From NCBI GenBank assembly GCA_037133055.1, contig JBAXOY010000013.1:1-40860 (forward strand): a stretch of 40,860 bases of DNA, written 5' to 3'. The notes below the pieces were generated by a model. It saw only the letters and a list, made by a program, of their open reading frames with translations. It was not told the DNA's origin and made no database searches. Shown in pieces: positions 26,515-35,096 of this stretch (its first letter is position 1; each line of letters begins with the position of its first letter). The DNA is from Chlamydiota bacterium (lineage in GTDB: Bacteria; Auribacterota; Tritonobacteria; UBA1439). A program made the translations under genes and the position numbers.

Positions 26515-27929
26515 AGACAGTCCTTGTCGTGGACGACGAAAAGAGCACGCGAGAATCCGTGCGCATGATTTTAAAAGATTCTTACAACGTGCGTTGCGCC
26601 GGAAGCGGCCACGAGGCGCTGGCAATGCTGGGGGAGGATTGCGTTGACCTGGTGATACTCGACCTGATCATGCCCAGCGTTGATGGGCTGAGCGTTCTGA
26701 AGGAGATCAGGAAGAAGAGCAGGGCCGCCGTCATCATCCTCACCGCCATCAGGAAATTGAGAACGGCGGTCGAAGCGATGAAGCTGGGCGCGGCGGATTA
26801 CCTCGTGAAACCGTTCGATGCCGAGGAGCTGCAGTTGATCGTCCAGAGGATCATCCGCTCCCGCATGAAGGACGATGAGCTCGACTACCTGCGTTCGGAA
26901 ATCGAGAAACGTTATCCAACCGACCACATTGTGGCGGAGAGCGACGCCATGAAACGCGTTCTGCGCAAGGTGGATGACGTCGTCGCCACGGCCTCCACGG
27001 TGCTGATCAGCGGCGAGAGCGGAACGGGGAAGGAGCTGATCGCCCGCGCGATCCACCGCCGGAGCCCCCGCGCTCATATGCCGTTCATCACCGTCCACTG
27101 CGCCGCAATCCCGGATGGGATCCTCGAGAGCGAGCTATTCGGCCATGAAAAGGGCTCATTCACCGGCGCCACGCGCAGCAGGAGGGGGATGTTTGAGCTG
27201 GCCGACAGCGGGACTTTTTTCCTGGATGAGGTTGGCGAAATGAATCTCTCGACCCAGGCGAAGATACTCAGAGTTCTCCAGGAGAAGGAATTCATGAAGG
27301 TGGGCGGCGAAAAGGCGGTAAAAGTGGACGTGAGGCTCATCGCCGCTTCCAACAGGGACCTGCGCGAAATGGTGAGGGAAGGAAAGTTCCGCGAGGATCT
27401 CTTTTTCAGGCTCAGCGTCCTTCCCGTGCACCTGCCGCCGCTCCGCGAGCGCAGGCAGGATATCAAACCGATCGCGGAATTTTTCCTCACACAGTTCAGC
27501 CGGGAGTTCCGCACCGGCCCGAAGGAGCTCTCCCCCGTGGCGCTCGCCGTCCTCGAACAGTACACATGGCCTGGGAACGTGCGCGAGCTGAAGAATGTGA
27601 TAGAGCGGTGTGTGGCGCTCAACCGCGGGGGGAGCGTAGTTCTGCCGCCGCACCTTTCTCTCGACTGGGGAGACAGGGATGACGTTTACGGCCCGGCGCC
27701 GAACTGCGGAGATATCCCCGCCTCCCTGGAAAAGGCCGAAGATACACTCAAGAAACGTTTGATCCTGGACGCCCTTGAGGAACATTTTTGGAATCAGACG
27801 GAGGCAGCCAGGAAGCTGAAGATCAGTCGCCGGAGACTCAAATATCGCATGGACAGCCTCGGCATTATCCCAAGGATCGGCAGAGGGAGGCCGCACCGTG
27901 GTAAAAGCCCAATTGGAAATGTAATATAA
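26511..27929 (+). CDS. NtrC-family sigma54-dependent response regulator
   Basis: VLVVDDE receiver; GESGTGKE; ELFGHEKGSFTGA; WPGNVRELKN; NQTEAARKL helix-turn-helix. Confidence 0.95.
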   Translation: MKTVLVVDDEKSTRESVRMILKDSYNVRCAGSGHEALAMLGEDCVDLVILDLIMPSVDGLSVLKEIRKKSRAAVIILTAIRKLRTAVEAMKLGAADYLVKPFDAEELQLIVQRIIRSRMKDDELDYLRSEIEKRYPTDHIVAESDAMKRVLRKVDDVVATASTVLISGESGTGKELIARAIHRRSPRAHMPFITVHCAAIPDGILESELFGHEKGSFTGATRSRRGMFELADSGTFFLDEVGEMNLSTQAKILRVLQEKEFMKVGGEKAVKVDVRLIAASNRDLREMVREGKFREDLFFRLSVLPVHLPPLRERRQDIKPIAEFFLTQFSREFRTGPKELSPVALAVLEQYTWPGNVRELKNVIERCVALNRGGSVVLPPHLSLDWGDRDDVYGPAPNCGDIPASLEKAEDTLKKRLILDALEEHFWNQTEAARKLKISRRRLKYRMDSLGIIPRIGRGRPHRGKSPIGNVI

Positions 27930-27939
27930 ACCATAAATA

Positions 27940-27962
27940 AGTATAATATAGTATATTATACT
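27940..27962. promoter_or_regulatory. Perfect AT-rich palindrome
   Basis: AGTATAATATA-G-TATATTATACT, 11-bp arms. Confidence 0.5.
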
Positions 27963-28267
27963 ACTATGAAACCTATGGTTGACTGATTTTGCAGCGCTAT
28001 TTCCGTGAGCAGGGATACATAGACACCTCAATGAGGGAAGGAATGCCGCGGCAATGGAACATGAGGCGGGGCTGCTGAGCATCAGCACACCCGGCGTCTC
28101 CAGATCAGCGGGGGGATCCATCCTGACGGGTAGCATGAATAGCCGGGCCTCCTGCCGGGAGGCAATTCGTTTGTAACGGTCTAAAACAGAGGGACTGACT
28201 CCGGGGTTTATCCCAAGAGGTGAACGGGTTGGGTATAAAGAAAATGCCGGAATAGAGAAAAGCCCGG

Positions 28268-28297
28268 TTGACGGGGGCCGAACGCTTCATATATGAT
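28268..28297 (+). promoter_or_regulatory. Candidate sigma70 promoter upstream of tRNA-Gln and glmU
   Basis: TTGACG-18 nt-TATGAT. Confidence 0.45.
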
Positions 28298-28531
28298 TAT
28301 GATTGTCCGGAAATTGGGAAGTGGTGTTAAGTGGCATCCTGCCGGGGGGGGGCCCCTCCCCGCGGCGGCTTGGGAAGGCCGCCTTCCACTTAATTCACCG
28401 TTTCTATAATGTCGTGCGCCGTATGCCGTGAAGGATTCTACCCTTTCGGGAAGGGTCAGGTGTGCCCGGCGGGGGCGGATTCCGTGTACACGTGAGGATG
28501 GCGCGATTCTGTGTGCGGACTCAGAAACAAT

Positions 28532-28605
28532 TGCCCGGTGGTGTAATGGAAACACATCGGCCTTTGGAGCCGAGTTTCGAGGTTCGAGTCCTCGCCGGGC
28601 AGCCA
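28532..28605 (+). tRNA. tRNA-Gln(TTG)
   Basis: TGCCCGG/CCGGGCA acceptor stem, anticodon arm TCGGC-CTTTGGA-GCCGA, GGTTCGAGTCC, G discriminator and CCA. Confidence 0.95.
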
Positions 28606-28780
28606 TTACTACATTTTCTCGTTGCTCCCGGTTTTCAGTTATGGGGAAAAGGCGAAACACGGGCGGAAATATCGACACCGCCGGCGAAAATGCCCTGTAC
28701 TATTATTTCCGGTTAGTTACGACTACTCGGACAGGCTCCTAGGGTGAATAGAAGGAGTGTCGGGAAACGGGATTGAGGCG

Positions 28781-30061
28781 ATGAAGAGCCTGGCATGCAT
28801 CATCCTCGCTGCGGGCGAGGGGAAAAGGATGAAGAGCGCGTACGGCAAGGTGTCCCACGCGCTGGGCGGCACGCCGATCATCCGGTATGTGATCGAAGCC
28901 GCGCGCTCGCTGGAGCCGGAGAAGATAGCCGTTGTCATCGGGCATGACGCCGAGCGGGTGAGGAAAGCGGCCGGCGGTGGGGTGGAGTTCGTCCTGCAGG
29001 AGGAACAGCGGGGGACCGGGCACGCGGTCATGCAGGCAGTGCCGTTTTTAACCGGCTGCGGGGGGGATATCCTTATCCTGAGCGGCGACGTGCCGCTGAT
29101 AAGGCCCGAGACGCTGAAGTCGCTCCTCCACGCGCACAGGGCCGCCGGCGCCGCGTGCACGCTGCTCACCGCGGTGCTGAAGGACCCGACCGGATACGGC
29201 AGGGTGCTCAGGCGCACGAACACCGGGAAGCCGCACAAGATCGTCGAGGAGAAGGACGCGGGGCGCTTCGAAAAGGCGGTGGAGGAGATCAACTCGGGCA
29301 TCTATGTCTTCGACGCGCCCGCGCTCCTGCGCATCCTGGACAGGATATCGCCGGAGAACCGGCAGGGCGAATTCTACATCACCGACGCCGTCGGCATACT
29401 GGCGGCGGAGGGAAAGACGATCGAGGCCGTGCAGGCTGAGGAGCCGGGCGAGGTGCTCGGCATCAACAGCCGGGACGAGCTCGCGAAAATGGAAAAAGTT
29501 CTCCAGCAGCGCATCCAGAAGGCGCATATGCTGAACGGCGTCACGATCGTGGACCCCGCGAACACGTACATCGAGGCGGCGGTGCGCATCGGCAGGGACA
29601 CCATCATCTACCCGTTCACCGTCATCGAAGGCGAGGTGCGGATTGGCGTCGATTGCAGGGTCGGCCCCTTCAGCCATGTGCGTCCGGGAACGGTCCTCGA
29701 TGACGGCGCTGAGGTGGGGAACTTCGTCGAGGTAAAGACCTCGACGATCGGGAGCGGCACCAAGGCGAAGCACCTCAGTTACATCGGCGACGCCACGATC
29801 GGGAGGAACGCCAATATAGGCGCCGGGACGATCACCGCGAACTATGACGGGAAGGAGAAGCACAAAACCGAGATTGGGGACCGCGCTTTCATCGGAAGCG
29901 GGACGACGCTCGTGGCGCCGGTCAGGGTCGGCGAGGGGGCGATAACGGGCGCCGGATCGGTCGTGCTCAGGGGGAGGGATGTCCCCGACGGAGGCGTGGT
30001 GGCCGGCGTGCCCGCGGCGCCGATACGGAAAAAAAACGAGAAGAAACGGGCGCCGGCCTGA
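28781..30061 (+). CDS. glmU: Bifunctional GlcNAc-1-P uridyltransferase/glucosamine-1-P acetyltransferase
   Basis: ILAAGEGKRMKS, QRGTGHAV, PTGYGR, EINSGIY, HLSYIGDA, GAGTITANYDG. Alternative start at 28757. Confidence 0.95.
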   Translation: MKSLACIILAAGEGKRMKSAYGKVSHALGGTPIIRYVIEAARSLEPEKIAVVIGHDAERVRKAAGGGVEFVLQEEQRGTGHAVMQAVPFLTGCGGDILILSGDVPLIRPETLKSLLHAHRAAGAACTLLTAVLKDPTGYGRVLRRTNTGKPHKIVEEKDAGRFEKAVEEINSGIYVFDAPALLRILDRISPENRQGEFYITDAVGILAAEGKTIEAVQAEEPGEVLGINSRDELAKMEKVLQQRIQKAHMLNGVTIVDPANTYIEAAVRIGRDTIIYPFTVIEGEVRIGVDCRVGPFSHVRPGTVLDDGAEVGNFVEVKTSTIGSGTKAKHLSYIGDATIGRNANIGAGTITANYDGKEKHKTEIGDRAFIGSGTTLVAPVRVGEGAITGAGSVVLRGRDVPDGGVVAGVPAAPIRKKNEKKRAPA

Positions 30062-30136
30062 ACGGGGCTTGAGCAGGGGATGTATACCACGCAGGAAAAT
30101 TGGCCCAGGTACGGGCGGCGAAAAGGAGAAATGACC

Positions 30137-30901
30137 ATGGCACGCATGCTGCTGAAGGCGCAGGTGAGGACCCAGCACGGCACGAGGAACGCAAAAAGAC
30201 TCAGGAGGAGCGGGGTCATCCCCGCCGTGCTCTACGGCGATGTGGAGGAGAACATATCGATCGGGGTGGACAGCAAGGAGCTGCACAAGATCCTTCACGG
30301 GAAAGGCGGCGACAGCGCGATCTTGGATCTTCAGGTCGCGGGCGAGGGGATGGAAAAGCCGCTCAGGAAGACCGTGATCGTGAAAGAGGTCCAGCGCGAC
30401 AACCTTAAGGATGTCGTGATCCATGTCGATTTCGCCGCGATCTCGATGACCGAGAAGCTGGTCGCGAAGGTCGCGATCGTCAGGTCCGGGGAGCCGGTGG
30501 GCGTGACGATGGGAGGGATCCTCGAGCAGATCCTGCGTGAGATCGAGGTCGAGTGCCTGCCCGTGGACCTTCCCGAGCAGATCACCGTGGACGTGAGCGC
30601 GCTCATGATCGGCGACAGCATCAAGCTGTCCGGCGTGAAGATGCCCGAGGGCGTGAAGGTCATGGACGACGCGAACCTGACGATCTTCACGGTCTCCGTG
30701 CCGAAGGTGGAGAAGGTCGAGGAGCCCGTTGCGGCCGAGGGCGCCGCCGTCGAGGGTGCCGCCGCCGAGGGCGCACCGGCCGAGGGCGAGGAGAAGAAGG
30801 CCGAGGGCGAGGAGAAGGAAGGAGCGAAGGGCAAGGGCAAGGAACAGCCAAAGGAGCAGGAAGGCGCCAAGGGCAAGGGCAAGGGGAGGGGCAAGGAATA
30901 A
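30137..30901 (+). CDS. rplY: 50S ribosomal protein L25/general stress protein Ctc
   Basis: RLRRSGVIPAVLYG, KEVQRD, HVDF, GGILEQ, charged low-complexity tail; AAGGAG RBS 8 nt before ATG 30137. Confidence 0.95.
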   Translation: MARMLLKAQVRTQHGTRNAKRLRRSGVIPAVLYGDVEENISIGVDSKELHKILHGKGGDSAILDLQVAGEGMEKPLRKTVIVKEVQRDNLKDVVIHVDFAAISMTEKLVAKVAIVRSGEPVGVTMGGILEQILREIEVECLPVDLPEQITVDVSALMIGDSIKLSGVKMPEGVKVMDDANLTIFTVSVPKVEKVEEPVAAEGAAVEGAAAEGAPAEGEEKKAEGEEKEGAKGKGKEQPKEQEGAKGKGKGRGKE

Positions 30902-30916
30902 TCTTTGCCGGTTTTT

Positions 30917-31071
30917 ACCACCGAGGCACGGAGGGCACGGAGGAAAAGGGATTTTCAGCCACGGATCGATACGGATGGGCACGTAGTGAAATGGTTTCTT
31001 TGATTGCCGTGGGTGTATCCGTGAAGATTCGTGAGAATCCGTGGCACATCTCTGTCGTTGCTCCGTGGTGG
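30917..31071. repeat. Nested inverted-repeat element between rplY and pth
   Basis: Outer arms CACCGAGGCACGGAG and CTCCGTGGTG; inner arms GCCACGGAT..ACGGAT..CACG and CGTG..ATCCGT..ATCCGTGGC. Confidence 0.7.
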
Positions 31072-31085
31072 ATATTCCATAAACC

Positions 31086-31655
31086 ATGAAACTGGTCGTC
31101 GGCCTGGGCAACCCCGGCGCGGAATACGAGGGGACGAGGCACAATATCGGCGCGGAGGTGATCGAACTGCTCGCCGGGCGGGCCGGGTGCGGCCTCAAGC
31201 GAAAGTGGCGGCTGCAGGCGTGGGCGTGCCAGGCGGTGGTCGGCGGCGAGACGGTTACCCTCGCGCGGCCGAGGACGTTCATGAACGTGAGCGGCGCCAC
31301 AGTCGCGTCCCTGGTCCACTGGCTCAGGTGCGCGCCGGGCGACCTCATCGTGGTGAGCGACGACATCGCCCTGGATCTCGGGAGGATACGGATACGCCCG
31401 GGCGGCGGGGCGGGCGGGCACAAGGGGATCGAGTCGGTCATCGCCTGCCTCGGGACGGAGGAGTTCACGAGGGTGCGCGTGGGGGTCGGGGCCCCCGCCG
31501 GGGACCAGGTCAGGCACGTGCTCGGCAGGTTTTCGGGCAGGGAGCGTTCCACGGTCGAGGAGGCGCGGGAGCGGGCCGCGCTCGCCGTCGAGGAGATCCT
31601 TTCGCGGGGAGTCGGCGCAGCAATGAACAGGTTCAACGGCACCGCGGCGGACTGA
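31086..31655 (+). CDS. pth: Peptidyl-tRNA hydrolase
   Basis: LVVGLGNPG, TRHNIG, TFMNVSG, DDIALDLG, GGHKG. Confidence 0.96.
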   Translation: MKLVVGLGNPGAEYEGTRHNIGAEVIELLAGRAGCGLKRKWRLQAWACQAVVGGETVTLARPRTFMNVSGATVASLVHWLRCAPGDLIVVSDDIALDLGRIRIRPGGGAGGHKGIESVIACLGTEEFTRVRVGVGAPAGDQVRHVLGRFSGRERSTVEEARERAALAVEEILSRGVGAAMNRFNGTAAD

Positions 31656-31747
31656 CGCGGGGGCTTTCGAGATTGTCGGGTATGCGGAGTTGTGGTAGGA
31701 TGTCGTAACGTTGCCACGGATTTGAAGGGTACAAGGAGGAGTGCAGA

Positions 31748-32092
31748 TTGAAATTATACGAAGGGATGTTCATGCTGAGGCCGGATCTTCCCGAGGACCA
31801 GACCAAGAAGATCGTCGAAGGCATTTCGCACGAGATCACGAAGGCCGGCGGGACCATCGCCGAGAGCACCCTGTCGCCGAAACAGCGGCTGGCCTACAGG
31901 GTCCGGAAGCATGACGACGGCTATTGCCTTATCGTGCGCTTCAGGGTCGAGCAGGCCGCGGTGGAAGGGCTCAACAAGCGGCTGCGGATGAACCAGGACC
32001 TGCTGCGGCACATGATCGTGGTCTACACGCCCCCCCCGGCGCGGCCCATTCCCCCTGTCGCTCCCGCGCCCGAGCCCGTAGTGTCCCCCTGA
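31748..32092 (+). CDS. rpsF: 30S ribosomal protein S6
   Basis: AGGAGG RBS with TTG start; YEGMFMLRPDL, RLAYRVRK, LLRHMIV; precedes ssb and rpsR. Confidence 0.93.
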   Translation: MKLYEGMFMLRPDLPEDQTKKIVEGISHEITKAGGTIAESTLSPKQRLAYRVRKHDDGYCLIVRFRVEQAAVEGLNKRLRMNQDLLRHMIVVYTPPPARPIPPVAPAPEPVVSP

Positions 32093-32343
32093 GCAGGGCG
32101 GTTGAACCGTGCCTGACAGGACGCCGGAATGCCCGGGAAGCCGAGCATAGAGCTTTGTTGTGTGGATGCGGCAACAGCAAGGGTTCAGTGTTCGGGGGAT
32201 ATTCTAAATCGGCGCTCGTCCTCGCGCTGAACTGACGGCTTTTGGTTTCTTCAGGGATGGAATCCCCGCCGCGGCGGCGCGGCGGGGCACAACGCGCGCG
32301 CGGAATGGCGCACATCGCACACGGTATCGCGAGGGAGGCTTGC

Positions 32344-32826
32344 ATGGCCAGTCTGAACAGGGTATTTCTCATCGGCAATCTCACCAAGGCCCCGACGCTC
32401 CGCTATACGCCGGGAGGCGCGGCCGTCGCGGATTTGGGCCTCGCCATCAACAGCACCTTCATCAGCAAGACGGGTGAAAAGAAGGAAGAGGTCTGCTTCG
32501 TGGACGTGGTGACCTGGGGGCGGCAGGCCGAGACCGCCTCGGAGTACCTCACCAAGGGGTCGCCCATTTTTGTGGAGGGGCGCCTCCAGCTCGACTCCTG
32601 GGAGACCGCCGAGGGCGAGAAGCGGAGCAGGCTCCGGGTGAGGGCGGCCCGCATCCAGTTCCTCGGGCGCGGGGGCGGAGCGGCGGGGGTCAAGGGCGGC
32701 GCCGCACCGCGGCAGAGCGCAGAGGCCGGCGGCGAGCCCGCCCAGGAGCCGGAGACGCAAGGCGGGCCTCCCGACGAGGGGCCTGTGATCGACGACGGGG
32801 GCAGGGACGGGGACGTTCCCTTTTGA
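32344..32826 (+). CDS. ssb: Single-stranded DNA-binding protein
   Basis: MASLNRVFLIGNLT, WGRQAE, VEGRLQ, C-terminal DVPF; GGAGG RBS. Confidence 0.97.
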   Translation: MASLNRVFLIGNLTKAPTLRYTPGGAAVADLGLAINSTFISKTGEKKEEVCFVDVVTWGRQAETASEYLTKGSPIFVEGRLQLDSWETAEGEKRSRLRVRAARIQFLGRGGGAAGVKGGAAPRQSAEAGGEPAQEPETQGGPPDEGPVIDDGGRDGDVPF

Positions 32827-32928
32827 GGAACGCCCGTTCGCGCGCCCGCGGATGACTTTGACGGGAACATCATTCGGACCAGAAAGAGAACGCACCTACA
32901 GAGAGAGACCGATCGGAGGTTGCAGGGA

Positions 32929-33150
32929 ATGAAAAAGGTGTTCATCAGGAAGAAGAAGTGCAGGTATTGCACGGACAAAGTGGACGACATCAGCTACCGG
33001 GATGTCGGCATGCTCAGGAAGATGATCACGGAGAAGGGGAAGATACTGCCGAGCCGCATCACCGGCACCTGCGCGTCGCATCAGCGGCGCCTCGCGCGGG
33101 CGATCAAGCAGGCGCGCCAGATCGCGCTGATACCCTTCGTGGCCGAATAG
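32929..33150 (+). CDS. rpsR: 30S ribosomal protein S18, zinc-binding form
   Basis: KKCRYC, GKILPSRITGTCASHQR, AIKQAR..ALIPF. Confidence 0.96.
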   Translation: MKKVFIRKKKCRYCTDKVDDISYRDVGMLRKMITEKGKILPSRITGTCASHQRRLARAIKQARQIALIPFVAE

Positions 33151-33187
33151 GCGCCGGCCTTCGGACCGGATTGGAGAGCCACCTACC

Positions 33188-33637
33188 ATGGAAACGGAAA
33201 TAGTACTGATGCAGGATGTCCAGGGCCTGGGCGCGCAGGGGGATATCATGAAGATCTCCCCGGGCTACGCGCGGAACTTCCTCTTCCCGCGCAAGCTCGC
33301 CGCCCCCGCGACGCCCCGCCACATCAAGGCGCTCGAAATAGAGAAAAAGAAGAAGGAAGCCGAGGCGCGCCGCGCGCTCGATACGCTCCGCCTTGACGCC
33401 GAGGCCCTGAGCAAGGCCTCCTGCACCATCCCGGTGCAGGCCGGAGAGGACGGCAAGCTGTTCGGGTCCGTCACCGCCCAGCACGTCGCCGAGGCCCTGG
33501 AGAAGGGCGGGTTCACCGTCGACAAGAAGCAGATCGAACTGCCCGAGCCGCTCAAGGAACTCGGGGTCTTCAACGTCCCGATCCGGCTCCACCAGGAAGT
33601 CACCGCCACGGTGAAGGTGTGGATCGTCGAGAAGTGA
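33188..33637 (+). CDS. rplI: 50S ribosomal protein L9
   Basis: GLGAQGD, PGYARNFLFP, GKLFGSVT. Confidence 0.97.
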   Translation: METEIVLMQDVQGLGAQGDIMKISPGYARNFLFPRKLAAPATPRHIKALEIEKKKKEAEARRALDTLRLDAEALSKASCTIPVQAGEDGKLFGSVTAQHVAEALEKGGFTVDKKQIELPEPLKELGVFNVPIRLHQEVTATVKVWIVEK

Positions 33638-33688
33638 CCGCGCGCGCGACACGCGCGGCTCGGTGAGGATTCATCGCACGAGGTCCGT

Positions 33689-35062
33689 ATGGCCGCCCCG
33701 GAAAGAGTCCTCGACAAGCTGCCCCCGCAGAACCTTGACGCGGAGATGAGCGTCCTTGGCGCCATGCTTCTGGACCGGGAAGCTATCGGGTACGCGATCG
33801 AGGCGATCACCGCGGACAGCTTCTACAAGGAAGCGCACGCGAAGATCTACTCGGCGGTCGTTGAGCTCTTCGACGCGAACCAGCCCGTGGACATCGTCAC
33901 CCTCTCCGAGCATCTGGGGAAGCGCAAGGAGATCGAGGCGGTCGGGGGCGCTTCCTACATCAGCATGCTCCTCGACGCGATCCCGTCCGCGGCGAACATC
34001 GTCCATTACCTCAAAATCGTGCGGGACAAGTCGCTCCTCCGGAAGCTCATCACCGCCGCATCAGGGATCGTGAGCCGCTGCTACGACGGCGGCGAGGATG
34101 TCAACGAGCTCCTGGACGGGGCCGAGCGGGATATATTCGAGATTGCCCAGCGCCGGGACACCCAGGGCTTCGTCAGGATCGGCGACCTCATCAAGCACAG
34201 CATCGAGACGGTCGAGAGCCTCTACCAGAAAAAGGAGTACGTCACCGGGGTTCCCACCGGGTACACGGACCTGGACACGATCACCGCGGGCCTCCAGCCC
34301 GCGGATCTGATCATCATCGCGGGCCGCCCCTCGATGGGGAAGACGAGCCTCGCCCTGAACATCGCCGAGCACGCCGCGATCGTCGCGAAGATACCGACCG
34401 CGATCTACAGCCTCGAGATGGCCAGGGAGCAGCTCGTGCTGCGCATGCTCTGCTCGCACGCCCGCGTGAGCGCCCACAACGTGCGCACCGGCTTCATCTC
34501 GGAGAAGCACGACTTCCCGAAGCTCGTCAACGCGGCGGGGAAGCTCGCGGCCGCGCCGATCTACATCGACGACAGCCCCTCGATCTCCGTGCTCGAGATG
34601 CGCGCGAAGGCGCGGCGCCTGGTGGCCCGGGAAAAGATCGGCCTGGTCATCGTGGACTACCTTCAGCTTATGCGCTCCTACTCGAAGAAGTCGGAGAACC
34701 GGCAGCAGGAGATCTCGGAGATATCCCGTTCGATGAAGGCGCTTGCCCGCGAGCTGCACGTCCCGGTGATCGTCCTCTCGCAGCTCAACCGCGAGGCCGA
34801 GCAGAGGCCGGGCAATCGCCCGAAACTCTCGGACCTGCGCGAGTCGGGCGCCATCGAACAGGACGCGGACGTCGTCATGCTCCTTTTTCGCGAGGAGTAC
34901 TACGAGCCGGACAACGAGGAGGCGAAGGGCAGGGCGGAGGTGATCATCGCCAAGCAGAGAAACGGGCCCGTCGGAAACGTCAAGCTGACCTTCCTCGAGG
35001 AGTGCACGCATTTCGAGAACTACACCGCGCGCGGGGATGCGGAAACAACCGTAGATCGTTGA
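33689..35062 (+). CDS. dnaB: Replicative DNA helicase
   Basis: PPQNLDAEMSVLG, AGRPSMGKT, VDYLQLM, LSDLRESGAIEQDAD, IAKQRNGP; no intein-sized insertion. Confidence 0.98.
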   Translation: MAAPERVLDKLPPQNLDAEMSVLGAMLLDREAIGYAIEAITADSFYKEAHAKIYSAVVELFDANQPVDIVTLSEHLGKRKEIEAVGGASYISMLLDAIPSAANIVHYLKIVRDKSLLRKLITAASGIVSRCYDGGEDVNELLDGAERDIFEIAQRRDTQGFVRIGDLIKHSIETVESLYQKKEYVTGVPTGYTDLDTITAGLQPADLIIIAGRPSMGKTSLALNIAEHAAIVAKIPTAIYSLEMAREQLVLRMLCSHARVSAHNVRTGFISEKHDFPKLVNAAGKLAAAPIYIDDSPSISVLEMRAKARRLVAREKIGLVIVDYLQLMRSYSKKSENRQQEISEISRSMKALARELHVPVIVLSQLNREAEQRPGNRPKLSDLRESGAIEQDADVVMLLFREEYYEPDNEEAKGRAEVIIAKQRNGPVGNVKLTFLEECTHFENYTARGDAETTVDR

Positions 35063-35096
35063 TTGTTTCTCGTTGATAGGGACAGGGCGCTTGGGG

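Noticed and set aside
28411..28508. SRP (4.5S) RNA
   Set aside because: It contains GGTCAGG but lacks the conserved CCGGAAGGAAGCAGC domain IV motif.
29048..31717. 889-aa minus-strand ORF and other long antisense ORFs (34061-35323, 35175-36905, 37474-39546, 39047-40798)
   Set aside because: Shadow frames opposite well-recognised GC-rich core genes, with no motifs of their own.
32851..32928. Arg-rich in-frame extension of rpsR from a non-AUG start
   Set aside because: The frame is open, but a GGAGG is well spaced for ATG 32929 and nothing else supports an ATT/ATC start.
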